Below, in pieces: positions 51,301 through 60,300 of a stretch of 64,000 nucleotides of DNA. This stretch comes from Raillietiella orientalis (Eukaryota): contig JAYWIR010000046.1 of assembly GCA_036172245.1 (NCBI GenBank), forward strand, positions 1,364,001-1,428,000, read 5' to 3'. Each line of letters starts with the position of its first letter. Within the stretch, counting starts at the first letter, position 1. The position numbers and the translations under genes were made by a program. The notes under the pieces are model-generated. The model saw only the letters and a program-made list of their open reading frames with translations. It ran no database searches and was not told the DNA's origin.

Positions 51301-54300
51301 AGGGCGTTCGACAAGTCGGAGTACCACAACATCATCTCGAAGCAGCAACGAGTGCAACGGTGAAAAAGAAACCCTTTCTCTCTCTCTCTCTCTCTCTCTC
51401 TTGAAAGGTAGGAACACACACAATGGGCAAGTTTGACAGTCTGCGCGAGCTGCACAAAAACAGCGTTGTCTTCTGCCTAGGTCCGAGGATGAGACGCTCC
51501 TGCCATCACAACACACGCACACGCTTACAAAAAGATCCCCTTTCTGAGAGATTTTGCTTCTGTTTTCATACTTTTCTTTAACAGGTGTCAGATCATGATT
51601 CCTGTTAACAACCACATCACGCCAGCATTACTACTACCCCCTTTTGTTGCTGGAGAGCAACTCGTCCTTAAATAAAACCCCCTTTTCCTCGGAACGAAAC
51701 GGTGTAACGCCTATTCAGCACACTCATCTTCGTCAATCCAGAGACCACTTGCTGTCTGTCCTCAGTGGAATTCTGCAGAGGTCCCTGAGCCTGCGCTTGC
51801 AGGAGCATTACGTACCCAAACACGCTCATGCGCGCGAGGGCGCCCACGTGAGCGTGTGCGAGTGCGGTTTTTTCTTCAACAGGGATTTTTCTCGACTCGA
51901 GAGCTGACAGAGGGGAGCTGCGTCGTTTCCAGGATCTGAGGTCGCGTGAACGTTTCTTTCAAGTCCGAAGCAGACCGAGTAGCACAGGGTATCTCCAGGA
52001 AAAGACACGAAATGCCTCCTGCGGCGTTTGGCGCTGCAGCCGTGAGTTTTTGAATCATTCGGCATAAACTGCCACACGCCCTGCGAGAGACCACGTAGTG
52101 CGTCCCTTCAGGACACACGGGAGATGGAGACGGTCGACGATGAGGCTTCGCGTTCTCCACTGTACAGGGGTCACAGGGCAATAGCGTGCGAACGGAACGA
52201 CTACCAGGACTCGTAGGGCGCTGATTGAAAGGACGCCGATAGGAGCCCCGAGTACCTGCAGGGAACTCTCAGCTGGAATCCTCGTGCTACGGAAAGAACT
52301 GTTGGAGTGAAACGGATGTGCAAGATGAACCGCAACGGAAAGCCGTGCAAGGTCGAATTCCAGCTGAGAAGCTTCCAGCTTTCCCTTTTCTCTGCAGCAG
52401 AAGAAGAAAGAGTCCTGACGAACTAAGGACGTAGCATGACGAGAGCTGCTGTTAGAAAGAGCGTGCTGCTAGAAAATACAGGGAATGCTTCATCGGACTC
52501 TTGCTTTCGGACGAGTTCGTTATCTGCATATGGCAAAACGATTCTGGTCCCGGAGTGACCTCACATTTGCAGGACCGGCGGTAACCTCGCGATCTCATTG
52601 CACTAACAATCGCACTGCGCTAAGAATCTAAGAATCTTTCGCCGGATGGCTCGATTACAAGCGGGGTCAGCATGCATGAAACTGAGAACAGGTTTCTGCA
52701 TTCCGCCATTCACCTCATCGTGCGGCAAACTCGACTGCTGCTGAAGGGGCAGAGGAAAAAGCACCAAGCAACGCATCCTGAGAAATGATTCTACGACTTC
52801 GAAAAAGACACATTCCAGTCATCGGCGTAAGGGCACGGAGCGCACGCTTCATGCAGTGCCGTCGCTCGGTAAGTTATCGAAAAGAAAAAGTCGAGGGAAG
52901 CCTGTCGGCAAGCACGAAAGAAACTGAAGCATCCATCGCTTGACCGGGGTCGCTGTGAAACGGCCTCCAAAGCTGACAAGATCTTCCGATGCGTAATCTG
53001 TCAGCTGAACTTCCTGCTTGCGGCCGGTGCCGCCAGTTTCTCACGCGCGCGTGCTCCAGAAGATTCCGTGACAGGCAAACGGCGCATCGAGGAGCTGCCG
53101 AGAGACGGGGAGCGAAGAAGAGGAAAGAGGGGAGGAGGCGGAGGGTTTCTCGAGTCGCACGTGAAGACGCTGGTGAGGCAGAGCCGGGTTCACAGCTCTG
53201 GGTTCGTTGCTTCAGATGGAAGAGCAAATAGTCAAGAGAGCCAACTATTTGTAGTCACCTATAACGGAGAGGAACACCAGCCGGTTCTTGGTTGGTGATC
53301 GGTTGAAGTCCACTCTGCAACGGTACTTTCCTTCATCCCCGATGCGCACGTCCTTTAGCAGGAGGCCATAAGGAGGTTCTGTTTGGAATTGAGCTCGCTT
53401 GCCGAACATGGACTCCTCGGACCAGGACATCCCCTTTTCGATTCTGGATTTTCTAGCATCGTAGCTGGAAGATACCACACATTTGATTAGCTGCACACCC
53501 GAATCAACTGACAGATGTGTGAGCCCTCAAGTCTAGTGCTCGAAGAGAATCATCAGAGAGAGCACACTACTGACTACACCCTGAGGGTAGGAGGGTCCAC
53601 AGGATACTCGTAATTCTTAAAGCACAGGAAGCAGACAGCGGAAATATGCGGAAGTGCCACTGCCTGACACTTCCACATTCTTTGCTTTCAGCGCGGATAA
53701 GTGACAACTTGTCCCCTTATTTTTCGTGACGACATTTGCTCCCCGCTGTCCTTACGACAGCACCCTTAGCCATCCCTGGAATAGAAGCCTTCACTTTCGA
53801 GAACCGGAAACGCTTCTCCAGCAAATCTCAGTGCTGGTGGACAGGGAAATGATGTCTTAATAACGCAAATTAAGAGACATCTCACAGTCTTCAAAAACAA
53901 GGGCTTCTGGCCAACACTTAGCGGTTCCTTATCTTGGGTGACACCTAGCAGTTACCTACATCTTGGTCTTCTTAACCTTATTATTTTCTTGAAATCATGA
54001 ACAGATTTTTTCCTTTTTTTTCCCGTTACATGCCTGAAAGGGCCGAAAAAATTAAAAAGTAGCTAGTAGGCGACGATGCTCCATGTGCTGTTCTATCCTA
54101 CTGTCTCTGGTTCTCTGCGTGAAACAACCGATTCTTTTGAAAGCTCCACGGAAATCGAGAGTTGCTACAAACCTCGCTGTGCGGGATTCGTGACCCGCTT
54201 ATAAAACTTGTGCTTCTTCTTTTCACTCTTCATTCTCCAAATCTCGAATTTAATTACGTCTTTTTTCTCCTGCGTTCTTCGCTGGTTTTCCCTCGAACAC

Positions 54301-57300
54301 CAAAAGCACAGTCACGTGCGGGCCATCAGAGAGGCAGCGATCGTGCAGCGTTTTCCAGTTCGGCTTCGCTGCAGCGAGTCCGTCTGGCTGCATGCAGGTC
54401 CATTCAAAAAGAAAGTAAAGATCATGACGCGTTCGAGTTGGTTTCTGATTGTAAAGATGGAGGCAACAAAGAACTTGAAGAATTTTTTTTCCCTTTGATT
54501 CTCCTTTCTTTTAAGCTTCATCTCGTTAGGATGATGAAATATGGATTCGAGGACCTCGCCTTAAGAAACAAACACAGGTATACATGGTATCTCGCATGTA
54601 AACAAGTTGGCGCACTGCTAATGCTGCTGCTGTGCGCGCACTCGCTGATGATTCTTCAGTGTTGACACTTTACGGAAAAAGTGTTTTTTTTTTCTTTTCT
54701 TTTCTTTCTTTTTTTTACCAAAAAATGTATTTTTCCTCAGCACACTATTCCTTCCCAATTAGCATGCATGAACACCACCGTGGATGAGATCTGATTAGAT
54801 GAATCTCGACTGAACTTTTTCCTCTGCATATGGATGCTCTGCTCGCGTGGCATCGCAGTTTCACAACACCGATGACGATATTCACCAAGTGGGCAAAAGA
54901 GCTGACGACGGTAGGAAACCCAGAAGTGTGACAAAACGCAAGTATAGCCGGACAACTCAACCTGCGCTTTCAGTTCCTCAGAAGGTCAACTCTTCAGCTT
55001 GCACGAAGTGGAATTCAGAGCTCCAACCCTGCGTTGAGGGTTCGAATCCTCACGCGGGGGATCGACGCCAAGAAAAGGGTGCGTCATGGGTGTATAGTCC
55101 TCCCCGCAGGACGACGCTGTTTGGCTTTATTCGGGTACGGCACTAGTGGAAGCCGGATGCCCCCTTTGACTGGTCTCTGGGATTGGAAGTGGACCCTCCG
55201 GGATCCTTCCAGGAATCAAGGAGCCCTTCGGGTTTCCCCACCGGCTGGGAAAATGCAGCCGTACTGTAGAGGTGGTGGATACCCCCTCGGGGGTGTCTCT
55301 TCAACGTGTCAAGAAGCGCGCTGCTCCCTTCGGGGAGCGCCCTTCAGAGAAATTGGGAAGCGTCCCTTCGAGATTCTCTTCAGAGGAGGAGTAACAAGGA
55401 TCGATTCCCTTGCGGGTTCCCTCCGGAGAGGAAAATTCCAGGAGCGGATCCTTTATGGGTTCAATTCGGAGGAGAAACAGTAAAAAGATCCCCTCCAGGG
55501 GACCCCTTCAGAGAGAATAAGGAAGAGGTTCCCTTCGGGATTCCTTTCCGGAGTAAGAGAAATGGACCCCTTCCTCCGGACCTTTCCTCCGGATCCTCCT
55601 GGATTCATAAGGTGGTCCCTACGGGGTCGCCCCCTGAATTGAAGAGTTACACGCACTCTCGGGTGGTACAGACAACGTTATAAAGAGTTTTGTGAGTCCC
55701 CCTGAGGAGGCGAACGGTTCTTTAGCACTCGGCCATCCAAAAAGAAGAAGAAAATAAAAGAAAAGGAAAGCGAGAAAACAGAACACCAAAGTTATTTCCA
55801 TCACCCAGCCGCGTCCACATTTGAGCACTGAGTTTCCACCATCGCTCCGCAGCTCTGCACATACTTCGGGCAGGAACATCCACACTGACTCTCCTCTAAG
55901 TATCACATTCATTTCTCACTCACATACCAAATGGGACCAAATTGTGGCAAACTGTTGATTACGATCTCCACTGTTGCTTGATCACTGAATCATAACAATC
56001 ATCACCTACTCCTTTGCAAAATAGCAAATGATAGGTATCGTGAGGGATAAATTAGCAAAAAATCACCTTGTGAATTAGCAAGTGACCTTATTCTTATGCA
56101 TGCATTCTTTTAAGAATCATCTCATTTGTATCGCAATGATTGGCGCAAACAAAGGGAACGTTAGTTGCATTTCTTCAAGTCTCGTCATGAACATCACCTC
56201 CTCGGAGTGTAGGAATCATGAAATGAATCAGTACGGTGCATTGAAAACATGAAACAAGAGTAACTCATAAAGATAACTCATAAAGGTAAAGGAAATATGT
56301 TCTTTGTAAGTATTTCTCGGGAATCGTCATGGCGCCTCGAAACCGGGATTCTATACATGCGAGGAGCATCTCAAAAGTAGGGGATGATCGGATGTAAAGA
56401 AAGAACAAATAAGGGAAACAAAAATGCATCAGTGGTCATCTCCCGAACACGTACATCCCCATGTCATTTTTCTACGTAGTCATCACTTTTTGCAAACACT
56501 TTCGATACCGTGGAAGAAGTTTTGAAATTTTCTGCATAAATTTCCGCCGCCTGGGAGTTCAGCCAGTTCAGCAGCACTGTAGTTTTCAACGTCTCACTTT
56601 CCTCGAATCGCTTAGCCACTTCTTGAGGTGCAGGAAGAGGTGGTAGCTCACTGGGCTCGAGGTTTGGACTGTAAGGTGGGTGATCAAAAAGTTCCCATTC
56701 GAATTTCCGAATTGTTTAGAATGAGTGAACAGCAGTGTGTGGGATCAAAAGGGTGTGCTTTTGGTAGACTTTATGAGGCCTGGAACAACCATCATTTCTC
56801 AAGTCTACTGCGAAGCACTCTCAAAACTGCAGCGTGCCACTCAGAAACGATGATGTGGAATGCTGGGATCAGGAATTGTTCTCTTTCACGACAACGCGCG
56901 CCTTGGCAACAGCTTCGTGGTTGTCAAACGTCCACGTTGCACTCCACGGTCCAGCTCAGATGTACACGTATGACTTTTGCTAGGAAGCACAGGTCAAACG
57001 TGAATCCGAGAAGCATGCATATGGCAGCCGGAAGCTCTGCTGAGCATTTCCAAATGCCAAGGCAACCGCCTTGGCATTAAGAAATGGCCGGTTCGGAAAA
57101 GTCCCACGTTCTCCGTCAGGAAAAAGAAACGGGTCATGAAGGAACGTGACGGAGCACACGAAACCCTTTACGAGAGGAAACATGCTCAGGATGCGAAGGA
57201 GTGATCGTTCGAAAGTCAGCAACTCCCTCGAGAGAGAAGACTCTTCCGGCATGAAATCCCAGAGCACGCGCGAGGAGCGAACAAACAGTGGAGATGAATG

Positions 57301-60300
57301 AGCTAACCGCATCGTCTCGGTGTGAAGGGCATCCTCCGGAAAGTGCACGCGGTCTGAGGTCACCAGGAGTGGGAGGAACGCCACCTCGAACGCAGCCACG
57401 GTCGTAGCTTAATTTCTCATCCTAACCACTCGCACCCGTAGGAGTTGCCAAATTCGAGGATCAGCAGATGAAGTCAGAGCTTCAGAACTCGCTCTGGTGA
57501 GTTGCGTTCCCGACGACCAGTAATGAACGAAAGAGCACAGGCAGCCGGCTAAGCAGCCAATGATTGGATACCAAGGGATCCCTTGGAATGCTGCGGAGCT
57601 CCACCAGCGAGACCTCCACTGCAAGGCGATGCGGCTCGAGATTAGACCAGAACTGCTTGAGCGAGCTCGAGAAGCGCGTCCTAGAACCGCGACCTCGGAA
57701 CTTCTTGACATCACTTGAGAACGGTCACCTAGAACTTCCAATCCCAAATGCAGGCGTGCAAGAGCGAAGTCTTCGAGCCATGAGGACATCATGTGCATCG
57801 CAGCAACTGGGTCATGCTAACGTAAGCTCTCGTTCGACTACGTGGGAAACAAGAGAAGAAAGGCTCTCCGAGAATGCGAGTCAAGCCAATCTGGAAAGGC
57901 AGAACCACAAAGACACGGAGCAGTCTCGAAGATCCGAGACCATTCCACCTCTCGAGATGGAAAATGATCACGAAGAACCGACTGTCGGTTCGGTTTCCGG
58001 CCGAAGAGCACGCGGAGATTTACGAGAGCAGTAGGCGGAAAGTTCTACCGTATCAGGGTGCCTAGATTGCGCGTTGCTAGCGAGAACGCAGAACATGCGT
58101 TGCCAGGCAAGCCTCGGACACGCAGCTCCCAGCATTAACTCCGTCCACCGAAGTCCACCACGGAATGATGTGATTTTCCAGGTCGATAATGTGACTTCGA
58201 GAGCCGAGGGAAAGGGAGCAGTTGGTTATCGTCCGCAGCGCTCAAAATGCCTCACGAGATTGCAGCTGAGACTGAAGGAATCACTGGGAGGAAGCGAGAT
58301 CTCCTCTCTCGTGACAAACACGCAGGACTTCCGCGAGGGTCTCGCGAACCCGCAACGTCTCCCTTCCTCGCCACCAAACTCGACGCGAAAAGGAGAGTTC
58401 CTCCCAGCTTCCCATCACATTTTATCTTTGCATGCTTGCGAGTTGGGAACCTGACTGCTGCTCTCTGAGGAGCTTCCTGATTTCCCGACGAGACCCTCCG
58501 ATTTCCGCTGGGAAAAGGCTTTTTTTCTTTCGTCTGTTTGTTCTAAAGGGGCACACAAGGGCGCGCGAACGGACGCAGCGTGACTAAGAAAGCGTTCCAG
58601 ATCGACCGAAAATATCGTACGAGCGAGCGAACAGAGACGCGCGATCTCACTCGAGAAGGAGGCTGGAAGGGGAAAGTGCACCGTGCCCGCTGCGCGAGGT
58701 CAGCCCAGGCTTCAGGCGAGACGGCACGAGAAACTGCCGTTCCCGGAAACACCTTGGGCACGAATGCCGGAAAGCAATCACAAACGTGCTACCCGTCCCT
58801 GCGCTAGGTAGGACCTTTAGTGACTGCAGGTATTTTGGGGCAATCTTGAAAGAGTTTGTTCGGTGCCTCCCTCCGCTCCTAAACCCCGAGCATTAACCCT
58901 TTGAGTCCTATGGACGCATATGTGCGTATGGCAAACCTTATGCTCGCGACGTAAGTCAACACTATGTTTGAGATGGACTCATACACTTAACGTTCTTTTA
59001 ATTCCCTTAGCAACAACTGTAAACAAAATTCTATTTATATCGGCTAACTATTCTCGGTTTTTCTCGGTGTCGTATGTTTGGGAAAAATGAAAATATTTTA
59101 TTTAATGTGGTGTAAATAAACAATTACAACAGTAACTTTAATTAGCACTTTCTAGAGTCGATCAGTACCTAAATCGAGTACGCGGTACGCGAAAAATCAT
59201 TTTGTCCACAGGGATCGCCACTGAGACTCCTATGCCATCAACACAGAACCTTTAAATCTGACGAGGGGTTCTGCATCCAAAGGGTTAATAAAAGAAATCC
59301 TTCTCGGAGAGGAAAGAAGCTTTCTATTTCTCAGTGATCACACTGACGTCAAAAGAAGAAAAGGAAGAAAAAAAGGTTCGTCGCACCTATGGAACCGACG
59401 GATCACGTGTTTGCCGTTTCTGCGAGACGTCCCACAGCTCTTCTCAACGGTCAGTTCCGAGATGAGTCTGGTTACCCGACCAACTCTACTCAGCGGCCAG
59501 GTGCATTTGGCGTTGCGGCTGCAACGTCGGATGCACATGGCCGCTGAGAGAAACTAGTGATTGAATTTTGGTTCACTATGCAGATGGCTTTCACCGATGA
59601 TAGCGAGACTAAATGAAATCATCGACATGATCCTCTGGAACGCTTCGCTCCCGGGTTTCCGCAAAGGACCGGAGACGATTGCATGACTTTCACAGACAGG
59701 AGATGATTCCGTGCTCTCGGGTCCTTGGATTCCTTCTCTGTCTTGCTCAGATATCCATCGTTTGCAAGTGCTTGAACGACTGTGCGATGGCGGGAGAATC
59801 CAGATAGATCACCTGAAGTCCCAAAGGAAGCAGGAATATCGTTTCCGTACCTCCGCATCCGTGCGTGGTTGACGGTCCACGCCTAGGAGCTGGAGCGAGC
59901 GAGCGGCCGCAGGGGTGGGTGAATGGCTTGGGGGAACGTGCATCATCGCGGAACGAACCGCATCCCCAGCGCACGATCCTTGCGGTAGTGTACCGGCGAT
60001 CGCCAGGGACGATGGCCAGAATTGCACACCCGGCGGAAGACTGGCTCTCTCTCTGTAGCATTCTTGAGAGCACTTTGGGCTGTCGGCAAAGCAAGATTGC
60101 CCTGCGCACTGAGGAGAATGAAAATGACCTCCGGGATCATCGATCATACGCGCGAACACGAGACCTCGGCATGCACCAGCTGAATCCAAAACACCAATCA
60201 CTGGACCTATCAGTAACAAGAGAGGGAGAGAAATTCGCGCATAGCGAATTAAACGAAATGCTCTCATTACGGGGAGATCAATCACTTGCCTGTATCGTTC

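Noticed and set aside
55695..55730. Minimal hammerhead ribozyme (CTGAGGA..GAA) at the SINE tail
   Set aside because: Lacks GAAA and stems I/III, and is not conserved in copy 2.
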